Source: an uncultured Chloroflexota bacterium
GTDB lineage: Bacteria > Chloroflexota > Dehalococcoidia > GIF9 > AB-539-J10
Direction: 5' to 3'
Assembly: GCA_903884455.1 (NCBI GenBank)
Contig: CAISEW010000037.1
Location: forward strand, 80,161-144,160
DNA length: 64,000 bases
In this document: piece by piece, positions 40,623 to 51,448 of the stretch
Layout: the number at the start of each line of letters is the position of its first letter
Position numbering within the stretch: position 1 is the stretch's first letter
Program-made: the position numbers and the translations under genes
Notes under the pieces: model-generated
What the model was told of the DNA's origin: nothing
Database searches by the model: none
What the model saw: only the letters and a program-made list of their open reading frames with translations

Positions 40623-43325
40623 ATGTCCGAAATACCTAGTGCCTATGAGCCAGGCAAGATAGAAAAGAAATGGTATGATTTCTGGCTCAAGCAAGGCTAC
40701 TTTACTCCAAAAATAGACCCCAAAAAGAAGCCCTTCGTCATCATCATGCCACCTACCAATGTTACCGGCGAACTACACCTGGGACATGCTCTGACTGCGA
40801 CGCTGGAGGATATCATGGTCAGGTGGCACAGGATGAAAGGGGAGCCTGCCTTGTGGTTACCGGGGACCGACCACGCCGGCATCGCCACACAAGTGGTTGT
40901 GGAGCGGCAACTGGCTGGACAGGGGCAAACTAAGGATGAAATTGGCAGAGAAAAATTCACTAAATTAACCTGGGAATGGGCTAATAAGAGTCGGGAGAAT
41001 ATCAGGCGTCAACATCAACTCCTGGGAGCTTCTTGCGATTGGACTAGAGAGAAATTCACGTTGGACGAGGGTCCGAACAAAGCAGTGCGTACTGCCTTCG
41101 TACGTCTGTACGATAAGGGGTTAATCTATCGTGGGGAGCGAATGATAAACTGGTGTCCCCGCTGCCGGACTGCCCTCTCCGACCTCGAGGTAGAGCATAA
41201 AGATATTGTCGGACACCTTTATTATATTCGCTATCCTCTGACTCGAGGTAAGGGCTTCGTCACCGTAGCTACTACCCGACCGGAAACTTTCCTCGGCGAC
41301 ACGGCTGTGGCGGTAAATCCCCAAGATAAGCGCTACAAGAATCTCATAGGCAAGAGTGTCACACTTCCTATTATAGATAAGGAAATCCCCATAATCGCTG
41401 ATGATGCTGTTGATACTTCTTTCGGCACCGGAGCATTGAAGATAACTCCCGCCCATGACCCCACCGACTTCGAAGTAGCCCAGAGACATAATTTGCCCCT
41501 GGTAGATATCATGAATCCCGATGCCACTATGAACGAGAACGCCGGTCCGTATCACGGACTGGAAAGGTTTGCCTGTCGAGATAAGGTATTGGCTGACCTG
41601 CAAAACAAAAAACTTCTGGAGAAAATCGAGCCCTACTCTCATTCGGTAGGACATTGTGGTCGTTGCCAGACAATGATTGAACCCAAAGTCAGCCTGCAAT
41701 GGTTTGTCCAAACACAGCCCTTAGCTAGAGCCGCTATCGAGGTTGTTAAAGAGGGCCGGGTCACGATAATTCCGGAACACTTCACCAAGATATATTTTGA
41801 CTGGATGGAAAATATCAAAGATTGGTGCATCAGCCGACAATTGTGGTGGGGGCACCGCATCCCGGTATGGTATTGTCAGGACTGTGCTAAGGTAACTGCC
41901 GCGGTGGATGAACCGACAGCATGTATTCATTGTGGTTCAAAACAAATCATCCAGGACTCTGATGTCCTTGACACCTGGTTTAGCTCGGCGCTATGGCCAC
42001 ATTCTACGCTGGGCTGGCCAGAGAACACTGATGACCTCCGCTATTTCTATCCAGGCTCGGTAATGGAAACAGGCTATGACATCCTTTTCTTCTGGGTCGC
42101 CAGGATGATTATGATGGGGCTAGAGGATACCGGCGAAATACCTTTCCACACCGTTTACCTCCATGGCCTGATTCGGGATGAGAGCGGAGAGAAGATGAGC
42201 AAATTGCGAGGGAATGTCATAAACCCCTCTGAAGCAATAAGCAAGTATGGTGTTGACGCCCTCCGTTTTGCTCTAACTACCGGGAGTTCACCGGGGAATG
42301 ATATAAATCTGGGCAAGGGCAGATTGGAATCCAGCCGCAACTTTGTTAATAAATTGTGGAATGCCACCAGATTTATCCTTCAAAGCCTGGACGCTGAAGG
42401 GCTAAAAGCTCAGGCAATAGAACTCCAACCGCACATAATAGAAGACCAATGGATCGATAGCCAGTTAAACCGCCTTATCAAAAATGTTACCAGACTGCTG
42501 GAAGAGTTCCAATTTGGTGAGGCCGAGCAGCAGATTTACGATTTTGTCTGGTCGAAGTTCTGTGATTGGTATATTGAAATTGCTAAAATACGACTTCGTC
42601 CTCACCCTGCCCTCTCCACGGCTGGAGAGGGTTTTGGTGATGTTTCACCTTTGCCCTTCCTGGCCAATACATTGGAGAAATCACTGCGCCTTTTGCATCC
42701 TTTCATGCCTTTCGTTACCGAGGAGCTCTGGCAAAGTTTAAAACAACGTCTACCTGACAAAGGCCAAATGCCGGCTTCCATAATGATAGCTCTTTATCCT
42801 ATCGCTAATGATAAGGCTTTTGCTCCGGAAGCGGAGCGGGTGATGGATTCCGTAATAGAGATTGTCCGCTCTATCCGTAACGTTCGGGCTCAATATAAGG
42901 TGAAGCCAAGCAAATGGATTGAAGCCCGAGTTTATACTGGTGATCTCCTTTCGAGTCTTAGCGCTGAAGCAAGTATGATAGAAACACTGGCTAAAGTCCG
43001 GCCCTTAACAATACTCGGTCGCCAGAAAAGGGAATCCACTAAAGATAAAGATATGGTTTTAGTGTTGAAGGAAGCTGAGGTAGTTGTGCCTTTGGCGGGC
43101 ATGGTGGACCGACTTGCCGAAGAACAACGGCTGGTAAAGGAAAGCGAGGAAATCAAAGGAAGAATCGCTCAAATTGATTCCAGACTAAGAGATAAGGCCT
43201 TTTTAAGCAAAGCGCCGGCTCAGGTTGTTGAAAAAGAGAAACAAAAGCTTGCTATGTTTGAAGATAAATTGAAGAGGTTACACCAGGAATTATCTCAACT
43301 GAACTCATCATCGGCTGATAGCTGA
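40623..43325 (+). CDS. valS: valine--tRNA ligase
   Basis: 900 aa; PPTNVTGELHLGHA (HIGH), KMSKLRGN (KMSKS), C-terminal coiled coil. Confidence 0.95.
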   Translation: MSEIPSAYEPGKIEKKWYDFWLKQGYFTPKIDPKKKPFVIIMPPTNVTGELHLGHALTATLEDIMVRWHRMKGEPALWLPGTDHAGIATQVVVERQLAGQGQTKDEIGREKFTKLTWEWANKSRENIRRQHQLLGASCDWTREKFTLDEGPNKAVRTAFVRLYDKGLIYRGERMINWCPRCRTALSDLEVEHKDIVGHLYYIRYPLTRGKGFVTVATTRPETFLGDTAVAVNPQDKRYKNLIGKSVTLPIIDKEIPIIADDAVDTSFGTGALKITPAHDPTDFEVAQRHNLPLVDIMNPDATMNENAGPYHGLERFACRDKVLADLQNKKLLEKIEPYSHSVGHCGRCQTMIEPKVSLQWFVQTQPLARAAIEVVKEGRVTIIPEHFTKIYFDWMENIKDWCISRQLWWGHRIPVWYCQDCAKVTAAVDEPTACIHCGSKQIIQDSDVLDTWFSSALWPHSTLGWPENTDDLRYFYPGSVMETGYDILFFWVARMIMMGLEDTGEIPFHTVYLHGLIRDESGEKMSKLRGNVINPSEAISKYGVDALRFALTTGSSPGNDINLGKGRLESSRNFVNKLWNATRFILQSLDAEGLKAQAIELQPHIIEDQWIDSQLNRLIKNVTRLLEEFQFGEAEQQIYDFVWSKFCDWYIEIAKIRLRPHPALSTAGEGFGDVSPLPFLANTLEKSLRLLHPFMPFVTEELWQSLKQRLPDKGQMPASIMIALYPIANDKAFAPEAERVMDSVIEIVRSIRNVRAQYKVKPSKWIEARVYTGDLLSSLSAEASMIETLAKVRPLTILGRQKRESTKDKDMVLVLKEAEVVVPLAGMVDRLAEEQRLVKESEEIKGRIAQIDSRLRDKAFLSKAPAQVVEKEKQKLAMFEDKLKRLHQELSQLNSSSADS

Positions 43326-43331
43326 CAGCTC

Positions 43332-44033
43332 TCAGCCTTCAAGGGCGGAAGGGTAAACTGGCCTGGCTTTGAGGTCTAGTATCTCATGCAACTTGGTCAG
43401 GGCTTTTTTGGTATCGCTAGCCACGCGGGATTTATCGAGAGTCTTTATCCGATATTTAAATAGCCAATAGGTAAATTCATTAAGCTCGCTCAGGTTTATA
43501 GACCTGAGCTGAGGATAATGTCTCTCTTTTCTGAACTGCTTTAAAAGAGCAGATTGAGGAGCACCATAAATGCGCTGGTAGGCCTCGTCAATTACTCCGT
43601 TATCGTTGTTCAAACCTAAAACTCTCTTTTTCTTTCGTATCTCTTCAGTTACAGACAAAAGGAGAAACTTTTCCACAAGAATGCCATAAAGATAATTTAG
43701 GTAAGCCTTGTATTTCGGGGCGCCGATGAAATTTTTGAGCTCTTCCTTAGATAATTCTATCGGTGGTCTGTCGAAGAAGAGAAGGTTAATCAGCTCCTCC
43801 TCAGGAATAAGTCCATCGAGCTCTTCACATAACCTCTCTGCCAAAACTAGCCAATCGAAAGCTTCGTTGTCAACAAGATACTGATAATGTCGCCCGTTGT
43901 AGTCCTCTTCAGTACTACTCCAAAGACGAACGGCTTCAAGCAGGGCCACATACCAATTCCTGCCTTCAGCAATAGCATTTTTCAGCCCTTGGATTGTCTG
44001 AGTATCTCGAGTAGACACTCCAGCCACCTCCAC
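43332..44033 (-). CDS. hypothetical protein
   Basis: 233-aa ORF convergent with valS; no recognisable motifs. Confidence 0.4.
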   Translation of the reverse strand: MEVAGVSTRDTQTIQGLKNAIAEGRNWYVALLEAVRLWSSTEEDYNGRHYQYLVDNEAFDWLVLAERLCEELDGLIPEEELINLLFFDRPPIELSKEELKNFIGAPKYKAYLNYLYGILVEKFLLLSVTEEIRKKKRVLGLNNDNGVIDEAYQRIYGAPQSALLKQFRKERHYPQLRSINLSELNEFTYWLFKYRIKTLDKSRVASDTKKALTKLHEILDLKARPVYPSALEG

Positions 44034-44152
44034 GATTATTCCGGAAAATTATATTATATCTCCATCAGCTCACGGACTCAAGGCAGCATCCTCTTGTATG
44101 ATTAATAAAACGGTAGCCCTTGCCGTTATGAGTCTATCTATAATTGACAGGT

Positions 44153-45160
44153 TTACTGCTTTGCGACATCAGTCGGTTTGCGCAGCGGCTTGAAAACGCC
44201 GTGGGCAGCTATCTTGGAGACAACCTCCTCAGCTTCCTTGATTATCCTGTCTAACAACTCCTTGACCGTGGGAATGTCATGGACAAGGCCTATTACCTGC
44301 CCACAACCCACTAATCCTCGGTCAAGGGCACCTGTTTCGTAAACCTCCAGCCCCTTCTTACCACTGAGGAGCGATGCTAATTCCTCCAAAGTAGCACTCC
44401 TTTTTTCCATCTCAACCACCTTTTCAGCAGTAGCATTTCTCAATACTCTCTCGGTGTTACGTAAAGAACGCATTACCAGCATAGTATCGCGTTCTGATGA
44501 TTTTACCAACCATTCTTTCACCTTGGGATGGATAGCACACTCTTGCGTCGCCATAAATCGAGTGCCCATATTAATCCCGCTTGCTCCCAGTGCCAGGGCG
44601 GCAACAAGACCACGCCCATCGCCAAAGCCTCCAGAAGCGATAACGGGAATATCCACAGCATCAACAGTCAACGGAATCAAGACGAGGGAGGTAACGTCCT
44701 CCTCGCCGGGGGCTCCGGCGCACTCAAAACCATCAATGCTGACGGCATCGCAGCCTATTCGCTGAGCGGTGCGAGCGAAGCGAACTGCGGTGCACTTGTG
44801 TATTACCTTTACTCCAGCCGCCTTAAGTCGCTCCATATATTGTTCCGGGCTTCTGCCGGCTGTTTCCACAATCCCTACTCCGGAATCGATAACCGCACTT
44901 ACATAGCCGTCAATATCCACAGGGCGAAGAGTGGGCAACAGTGTTATATTTACTCCGAAGGGTTTATCGGTAAGCGCTCTGGTCTTTTTGATTTCAGCGG
45001 CCAGTTCCGCGGGGGTTGGAAATGTAAATGCCGTGAGGATACCGAGCGCTCCGGCGTTGGACACTGCGGCTACCAGCTCTGCCCGAGAAATCCACATCAT
45101 TCCGCCCTGGGTGATAGGATACTTGATACCTAAAAGCTCAGTTATGCGTGTCTTAAACAT
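44153..45160 (-). CDS. NAD(P)H-dependent flavin oxidoreductase, nitronate monooxygenase / FabK-like enoyl-ACP reductase family
   Basis: TIM-barrel FMN protein with N-terminus MFKTRITELLGIKYPITQGGM typical of the NPD/FabK family; start taken at the internal Met. Confidence 0.75.
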   Translation of the reverse strand: MFKTRITELLGIKYPITQGGMMWISRAELVAAVSNAGALGILTAFTFPTPAELAAEIKKTRALTDKPFGVNITLLPTLRPVDIDGYVSAVIDSGVGIVETAGRSPEQYMERLKAAGVKVIHKCTAVRFARTAQRIGCDAVSIDGFECAGAPGEEDVTSLVLIPLTVDAVDIPVIASGGFGDGRGLVAALALGASGINMGTRFMATQECAIHPKVKEWLVKSSERDTMLVMRSLRNTERVLRNATAEKVVEMEKRSATLEELASLLSGKKGLEVYETGALDRGLVGCGQVIGLVHDIPTVKELLDRIIKEAEEVVSKIAAHGVFKPLRKPTDVAKQ

Positions 45161-45331
45161 CGTCTTTCCTCCTTCTGACATTTGTTCTGATTATAACATT
45201 TAAGCGATTAATCCCGCACATTCACGCAGGCATAAGTGTTCCTATTTCCCCTTAAAAACAGGTTCTCTTTTTCCCACGAAAGCCCGCGAGCCTTCAAGAT
45301 GGTCCTCTGTTTCGGTGCAGAAGGTGACAGG

Positions 45332-46129
45332 CTATTTGCCCTTCCAGCGAGGCTCCCTCTTTTCAAAGAAAGATACGATGCCTTCCCGGGAGTCCTCTGT
45401 CTTGGTACTCAACTGGAAGCAGTAGCGCGCAGCCTCCTGGTGAGCTTCCATGGTTTGCTCAAGGCCTCTATACATCAGTTGCTTAGCCATCTGTACTGCT
45501 AAAGGGGCACCTCTGGTTAGCTTCTTGGCCATTTCTCTAGCTGTGGGCAGCAATTCTGCGTCAGGCACAACTTTGCTCACCAGTCCTATTCGCAGCATCT
45601 CTTGAGCGTCGATGATATCTCCTGAGAATACCAGTTCACAGGCTTTGGATAAGCCCACGATGCGAGGTAGAAGATAAGTCCCTGCGCCGGTGTCCGGGGT
45701 CATGCCTCTCAAGACGAACACCTGTCCCCACCGGGCGCTTTCCGCAGCGATTCTGATATCGCAGTGTAGTGAAAATTCGGCTGCGATTCCTACGGCGGCC
45801 CCGTTGATGGCGCAAATCACCGGCTTGGGAATACTGTTGAAGAACCAAAGTGACTGGCGGTACTCTGTGGAGGTCTTCTCTTTCATAAAGTTTATCTCTA
45901 CCTCCGCTGTCTGTGGCACTTCGCCTGAGATATCGGTTCCGGCAGAGAAGGCACGACCATTTCCCGTCAGTATGACGGCTCTCACCTTGTCATCCTTCTT
46001 AATGTCTTCGATAATTGAATTAATTCTGTGGAGCATTTCGTGTGTTAGAGCATTCAGTTTTTCGGCACGATTGAGCGTTATTATGCCAATGCTATCCTCC
46101 TTGGTGTAGAGTACGTCCTGTTTTGCCAT
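45332..46129 (-). CDS. enoyl-CoA hydratase/isomerase (crotonase) family protein
   Basis: Crotonase fold (ITLNRAEKLNAL, AAVGIAAE); ATG at 46129 with an AGGAGG RBS. Confidence 0.8.
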   Translation of the reverse strand: MAKQDVLYTKEDSIGIITLNRAEKLNALTHEMLHRINSIIEDIKKDDKVRAVILTGNGRAFSAGTDISGEVPQTAEVEINFMKEKTSTEYRQSLWFFNSIPKPVICAINGAAVGIAAEFSLHCDIRIAAESARWGQVFVLRGMTPDTGAGTYLLPRIVGLSKACELVFSGDIIDAQEMLRIGLVSKVVPDAELLPTAREMAKKLTRGAPLAVQMAKQLMYRGLEQTMEAHQEAARYCFQLSTKTEDSREGIVSFFEKREPRWKGK

Positions 46130-46250
46130 TATTGAACCTCCTTTTTTCGTAATTATTTGGTAGCCTGTCAAGGACCTGACAGTTCTCCGGGATTTCCCTG
46201 TGCCTCCAGGGACAAAGCACCATCTAAGTCAAGAAGGGCCACAGTGCCAA

Positions 46251-47975
46251 TCATCGCTTCCTATTTAAAAAGGCCAGCAATTTTGCTAGGGGCAAAGTAT
46301 TTAATATATGCTGCGGCTCACACCAGGCCCGCCGTGCCACGCCAACCCCAAATCGCATAAAGCCCAGATGGGCAATGCTATGAGTATCGGTCCCGATGGC
46401 GAGCTTTACCCCCAAGTCTCGGGCACGGAAAGCGTGGATATCCTTTAAATCGAGGCGGTCAGGCATGGCGTTAATTTCCATAATCTTATTATACTTAGCT
46501 GCCGCCTGGAAGACGGCTTCTAAGTCTATAGCCACGGGCTCACGCTCTCCTATGAGGCGGCAAGTAAGGTGGGCAATCATGTCCACATCGGGATTTTCTA
46601 TGGCGTTTATTACCCTCCGGGTCATCCTTTCCTCGCTTTGGTTCATAGCGGAGTGCACAGCAGCAATCACCATATCCAGTTCAGATAGAATTTCGTGTGG
46701 CAGGTCTAAGCTACCATCCGCCCGAATATCCACCTCGATGCCCGTGAGCACATGAATTCCGGTTAAACACTCGTTAAGAGCTTTGATTTCAGCAAGTTGC
46801 TGCCTCAGTCTATCTACATCGAGACCATGAGCAATACCGCGTCCACCGGAATGTTCCGTGACTGCGATATATTGATAGCCCATCTCTTGGGCCGCCAGAG
46901 CCAGTTCCTCGATGGAATCATGCCCATCGCTCCATTCAGTATGCGTATGAAGGTCTCCCTTTATGTCGGGTAACTCCACGAGCTTGGGTATAGCTCCCTG
47001 CTCGGCCTTTTCTATTTCACCCTGAGCCTCTCTGAGTTCTGGCGGAATACACTGAAGCCCCAGCCGGTGGTAGAATTCTTCCTCCGTAGCAAATTTTTCC
47101 AGCTTGTCGGTAGCTACAACAGTTATCCCGTATTCACTCAGCTTTAACCCTTGCTTATGCTCTCTTTCTCTCAGGGAAATGTTATGCTGTTTGCTGCCGG
47201 TAAAATATTGAAGCAGAGAACCGAAGGAGTCATGCTCCACCATTCTCAAGTCAACCTGCAACCCGCCGCTGACAATAACGCTGGCTTTGGTTGACCCCTG
47301 GGCCAGCACCTCTCTTACGTGAGGCAGGGTCACAAAAGCATCTATAACCTCCTTGGGATTATCGGCAGTGCCCATCAGGTCAATATCACCCACCGTTTCC
47401 CGAAAGCGCCGTAAGCTGCCGGCGGCGGTGAGATTTTTCACGCCGGGGATAGAGCGGAGGGCAACTATAATTTCCTCGACGACGGGCAAAGCTTCGCCGA
47501 TGGGGATGCGCTGGTCTTTGCGGCGCAATGCCTGGATTTGGTGGAGGATATTATCAGCGGTCTTTTCGCCAAGGCGGAAGAGCTGAGCCACTCGCCCATC
47601 ATTGATTGCTCGCTCTAATTCATCCGCCGAGCTTATCCCCAATTCGCTGGAAAGCTTGTTAGCTGTCTTGGGACCAATCCCTGGTATGGCCAGGAGATTG
47701 GTTATCCCCTGGGGAAACTCCGCCTTCAGGTTCTCATAATAACCCAGCTTGCCGGTTGTTAGCAGCTCGGTGGTCTTCTTGGCTATGGCCTCACCCACGC
47801 CGGGAATACTCTGCAAGTCCTCCCCTTCCTCAATCATAACCTTTAATTCCCTGGGGTAGTGCTCGATAGCCCGGGCTGCCTTCTGATAGGCACGAATCTT
47901 AAAGACATTTTCCCCTTTAAGCTCCAGAAGGTCGGCAATGTCCTGAAATACCTTAGCCACCTCGCTGTTTTTCAT
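46251..47975 (-). CDS. polX: DNA polymerase/3'-5' exonuclease PolX (Pol-beta-like domain plus PHP domain)
   Basis: 574 aa; N-terminal HhH/Pol-beta domains, C-terminal PHP histidinol-phosphatase motifs (DLHTHTEWSDG). Confidence 0.85.
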   Translation of the reverse strand: MKNSEVAKVFQDIADLLELKGENVFKIRAYQKAARAIEHYPRELKVMIEEGEDLQSIPGVGEAIAKKTTELLTTGKLGYYENLKAEFPQGITNLLAIPGIGPKTANKLSSELGISSADELERAINDGRVAQLFRLGEKTADNILHQIQALRRKDQRIPIGEALPVVEEIIVALRSIPGVKNLTAAGSLRRFRETVGDIDLMGTADNPKEVIDAFVTLPHVREVLAQGSTKASVIVSGGLQVDLRMVEHDSFGSLLQYFTGSKQHNISLREREHKQGLKLSEYGITVVATDKLEKFATEEEFYHRLGLQCIPPELREAQGEIEKAEQGAIPKLVELPDIKGDLHTHTEWSDGHDSIEELALAAQEMGYQYIAVTEHSGGRGIAHGLDVDRLRQQLAEIKALNECLTGIHVLTGIEVDIRADGSLDLPHEILSELDMVIAAVHSAMNQSEERMTRRVINAIENPDVDMIAHLTCRLIGEREPVAIDLEAVFQAAAKYNKIMEINAMPDRLDLKDIHAFRARDLGVKLAIGTDTHSIAHLGFMRFGVGVARRAWCEPQHILNTLPLAKLLAFLNRKR

Positions 47976-48131
47976 GCTTTGCTCGCCTCCTCCCCTCCTT
48001 TATTATACCCCTGTTTCCCAAGCCTGTGATACAAGCTGCTCCAGGTCATTGCCCTGAGTAGTAGGAACCATCGGATACTTCTCCGTTTTGGTCAATGCCG
48101 TTTAAATAATGTAGTTGCCCAATTTCTTTTG

Positions 48132-48159
48132 CCCCACAAAATCTATGGATTTTGTGGGG
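48132..48159. repeat. perfect 12-bp stem palindrome CCCCACAAAATC-tatg-GATTTTGTGGGG
   Basis: Seen directly; lies between the polX start and the repeat cluster. Confidence 0.6.
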
Positions 48160-48249
48160 ACCCTGGGTTTCCAACTAAATCAGAGATTTGGTTGGATGAG
48201 AATTTATTGGGCTCCCTCCTTCTGTTATTGCGCGGTGGGCTCTCCCTTT

Positions 48250-48368
48250 GTCATTGTGAGAAGTCCTCTCCTTTTTGTCATTGCGAGGAGCGAAGCGACG
48301 AAGCAATCCCGGCGGGGCTGTTGTGGGCTGAGATTGCCACGCCCCGACAAGTCGGGGCTCGCAATGAC
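48250..48368. repeat. cluster of MITE-like palindromic repeat units (terminal inverted repeats GTCATTGCGAGG / CCTCGCAATGAC)
   Basis: GTCATTGTGAG at 48250, GTCATTGCGAGGAGCGAAGCGACGAAGCAATCCC at 48276, and inverted CTCGCAATGAC at 48358 with an internal GCCCCGAC-aagt-GTCGGGGC hairpin. It is near-identical in inverted orientation to 51778-51861. Confidence 0.65.
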
Positions 48369-48498
48369 AAAAAATGGAAGGCTTGTGATGACCAGGTGTG
48401 CCTGATAAATCAGGCAACTAGAAGAATGTGGAAGCAGGAAGCTTTTAGAATGTCGAAAGCGAAAGGAAAATCAAAAATGAACAGCCTGCTGATGAAGA

Positions 48499-48532
48499 CG
48501 AGGTCGTTGCCGGCTAGCCGGCAACGACCTCG
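48499..48532. repeat. perfect 16-bp stem / 2-nt loop hairpin CGAGGTCGTTGCCGGC-ta-GCCGGCAACGACCTCG
   Basis: Seen directly; ~160 bp downstream of the minus-strand secreted-protein gene. Confidence 0.6.
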
Positions 48533-48693
48533 GGATTATCCAAGAGCTTGCACTCGCTATGTTCAGGTTCAGCTGCCTGGACCGTAAAACTGGTTACCCC
48601 CAGCATTCACCACTCTGCCAGGGAGGCCATGATTATTGGCAAAATTCTCATCGGCCTCGCTGGGCCCCTGCTCCTACTTCCTGCCATTTTCGT

Positions 48694-49242
48694 CTAATAA
48701 GACGTTGTACCAGACCTGTCCTTAACTATACCAGTGGTACCTGGAGTCTTGGCATTCTTATCTTTGTCGCTGGGTCCCTGCTTCCACTCTGTGCCTGCTT
48801 CGTCTTTGCCATCTGGTGGGTGCCAATTGGGGTGAGTATGGAACTCGCCAACCACTTGCCCACCCACTGGCGGCATAGGGGGAGTAGCGTTGATCCCGCT
48901 ACGATTGCCGGCAGGCCAGCGCCCAACTGTTAGATTGCCATCCGCATCTTCATAGATCCACCCCCCTTCCTCATGCCGGGTAGTAGCATTGTCTGCATTT
49001 GAATCATTCCAGGCCGCACCAATCGCTGCCTTGACAGTGGGGTCATTGGCTATCTGCTCCGCAGTTTTGTTGGTTCCCAGAGGGCCAATCTCGGCAGCGA
49101 CAATGGGACCAATGGCCGTCTGCGCGACAGCAGGTACGGCCAGCACGGCTGGACTCCAGGCAATGCAGGCTATTAGCACGCACAATAAGGCTATGCATGA
49201 TTTCCAACTAGCTTTCACATTTCCTCCTTTTCCCATTGACAT
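48694..49242 (-). CDS. secreted hypothetical protein with HTHP motif
   Basis: 182 aa; N-terminal signal peptide/TM (CIALLCVLIACIAWSPAVLA); C-terminal GEFHTHPNWHPPDG motif, possibly a metal-binding or JAB-like site. Confidence 0.45.
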   Translation of the reverse strand: MSMGKGGNVKASWKSCIALLCVLIACIAWSPAVLAVPAVAQTAIGPIVAAEIGPLGTNKTAEQIANDPTVKAAIGAAWNDSNADNATTRHEEGGWIYEDADGNLTVGRWPAGNRSGINATPPMPPVGGQVVGEFHTHPNWHPPDGKDEAGTEWKQGPSDKDKNAKTPGTTGIVKDRSGTTSY

Positions 49243-49274
49243 TTCAAGCTGTTCTGTATCTGGTTGGGGTTCAC

Positions 49275-49577
49275 TTACTCGGTGTAGTAGATGTTGGTGA
49301 CATTACCGGTCGTCTTGTCCACCCAGACATGAGGCTCACCACCGCGCAGTAGAGGCGAGGAATATGGGAAAGAAATGTGCCAATAAGTTGCTTCCTCCAC
49401 GACCACGGTATCACGGCCATCCAGAGACATTACCCCGTCATCTACCACCTCTTGGGTGGCGATTGTGATTGCTTGCTCACGGCTAATACCAGTTGAGCCA
49501 CAGCCAGCAAAGGTGAGCATCAGGGTTATTACTGCTGTCCCCACCAGCAGCCACACTTTGTATCTCCTTTTTTGCAT
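49275..49577 (-). CDS. small lipoprotein with PepSY-like domain
   Basis: 100 aa; lipobox LTFAGC; PepSY-like pattern (EQAITIATQEV..G..V..V..EE..YWHISF). Confidence 0.45.
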   Translation of the reverse strand: MQKRRYKVWLLVGTAVITLMLTFAGCGSTGISREQAITIATQEVVDDGVMSLDGRDTVVVEEATYWHISFPYSSPLLRGGEPHVWVDKTTGNVTNIYYTE

Positions 49578-49780
49578 TTCCTACCTCCTTCCCTCGTCTT
49601 GGGACCACGAGGGTAATAATTTAGTTTCCTCAATACCTTACTCTAATAAAAGAGCCGACCGTGTCTGGCACGGTCGGCTCTTGGCATAACAAGTGCGACA
49701 CCCCTCTGGGGGTGGTGTATCACCCTTATACCAGTGGGTAAACTTTTCCCTATGACCCAGCACTCTACATTACCCTAATT

Positions 49781-51448
49781 TCACCATATAGCTCTCGTAG
49801 CTTCAAGTACCCCAACAATGGGGTCAACCAGGAGCTCTCTGACCAGGGTCCTCACAAAGTTGTGTTCTGATATGAAGTTTGCGATAGGTGGGCTGGTTCG
49901 GTAATAGAGGTCGACAAGTCGAGAGCCCACGGTGCTTTTCAGCAACACGTCATCTCGGAACGCTCGCAACACATCGAGCTGTTTAGCGGTGGGAGTTCCG
50001 TAGGCTGCGGTGGCGATGAAGCACCCGCCGGATGGGGGTGTTTCTGACTTAATCTGGAATTTGGCTTTGATAACATAGTCTGTGTTCGCGGTGATATTGA
50101 TAGTGGTTGTGGCGGCAGTGGCAGCAGCGATAGTGCTCACGTCGCCAGTCCAGTTGACAAACTCGTAGCCGCTAGCTGGCGTGGCTGTGAGGTTGACCAC
50201 GGTGGGACCAGTGCCGGCAGAAAAGAACAAAGTAGTCGTGGAAATTTGGACGCCGGTTGCAGGGTCCGAGGCAGTGGTGAATGCATTGTGGCCGGGAGTA
50301 GTTACCGAGCCCATGGTAGAGCTGCTGTGTATCGTCAGACAATATTTAAGCGGCGGTAAATACTTCCATATTTGTGCACTGCCGTCGATTTGATAGGAGA
50401 CGCTACCAATATAATACGCGACTGTATACTGAGGTCCGCCGGGCCATGTATGCCCAATGTCATATCCCCCAACGCTGCCCGTCTCCCAAAAAAGTACCAC
50501 CCGGGTCCCGTTCGTTCCTTCGCTGTAAACAGAGCGGGTAATTGTGCTTCCGTCTATGTCATCATCAGTCCATACGGTTGTCACTGGGCCGGTGGTTGTA
50601 TTGTTGACCTCACGCCAGTAAGTGATAGTGTCAGGGGTAGAATAACCAAAGTTATTGCACATGTGAACAGGGCGGCCCTCGGGGGTGCATTCCCCTGCCT
50701 CTGGAATGATTGGGTCTGTTGGGCTCCGTATCGCAATCACGGTTGTTGGAGCCGGAGTCGTAGTGGCGTTCCCCAGATTTAAGTCCATTGGTCCAGTAAC
50801 TGGTCCGATGCCTGCAAACACGCCCGCCAGGTTAAAGGCCAGGTAATATGAAAACATGGCGCCGTTGGACATTCCCGTGGCATAGATTCGGCTTGTATTA
50901 ATCGCATAGTTAGCTTCAAACCAGTCAACTATATCCGCAGTAAATCCCACATCATCAACACCTGCGCAATATTGCAAGGGAGCAATTGGTGTTCCATTGA
51001 TGGCACCACAATTCCACATGATGTTAGAACCAGTCAAGCCTGGTAAAGTCCAATTGTTGGCAGTCATGCAGTCACTCCACCTCGAATCATGTTCATCTAA
51101 TGCTGTGGCATCAGGATACACGGCAATAAACCCTTCTGCATCGGCGAGTGCATCAAACTTGGTTAGATCGATTTGTCCCGGTCCGCTGCTGCCCAGGCCG
51201 TGAAACGAAAACAACAGGGGAACCGGCGTGGCGTTGTTTGTGACGTTGCAACTGGACGGGATATAGTATTCAAATGTGCGGTTAAAAACCCAACTGCTAT
51301 TTACAGTAGAGGTCTCCGTCATCCAACCCGTGTGAAGCCCGTGTGTGTACTCAGGTGGGGGCGCGGCGACAACAATAGAACTCCCCACAGGTAACACCAT
51401 CGCCATGATTACCAAAAGAGCAATAATGCAATATTTCTTTAAAGCCAT
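49781..51448 (-). CDS. secreted alpha/beta-hydrolase esterase (PHB-depolymerase/LpqC-like) with conserved Cys-containing C-terminal domain
   Basis: 555 aa; signal peptide; FSFHGLGSSG and nucleophile motif GMSNGAM; Thr/Ala-rich linker; C-terminal GGCFIATAAYGTP...LRAFRDDVL module. Confidence 0.6.
   Translation of the reverse strand: MALKKYCIIALLVIMAMVLPVGSSIVVAAPPPEYTHGLHTGWMTETSTVNSSWVFNRTFEYYIPSSCNVTNNATPVPLLFSFHGLGSSGPGQIDLTKFDALADAEGFIAVYPDATALDEHDSRWSDCMTANNWTLPGLTGSNIMWNCGAINGTPIAPLQYCAGVDDVGFTADIVDWFEANYAINTSRIYATGMSNGAMFSYYLAFNLAGVFAGIGPVTGPMDLNLGNATTTPAPTTVIAIRSPTDPIIPEAGECTPEGRPVHMCNNFGYSTPDTITYWREVNNTTTGPVTTVWTDDDIDGSTITRSVYSEGTNGTRVVLFWETGSVGGYDIGHTWPGGPQYTVAYYIGSVSYQIDGSAQIWKYLPPLKYCLTIHSSSTMGSVTTPGHNAFTTASDPATGVQISTTTLFFSAGTGPTVVNLTATPASGYEFVNWTGDVSTIAAATAATTTINITANTDYVIKAKFQIKSETPPSGGCFIATAAYGTPTAKQLDVLRAFRDDVLLKSTVGSRLVDLYYRTSPPIANFISEHNFVRTLVRELLVDPIVGVLEATRAIW

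Noticed and set aside
41121-41711. 196-aa minus-strand ORF
   Set aside because: It lies antisense within valS.
44528-45133. 201-aa plus-strand ORF
   Set aside because: It lies antisense within the FabK-like oxidoreductase gene.
48115-48587. ORF-track ORFs 48115..48405 and 48129..48587 on the plus strand and 48175..48417 on the minus strand
   Set aside because: They run through the palindromic MITE-like repeat cluster and the hairpins. Translation of repeats rather than genes is the more likely explanation.
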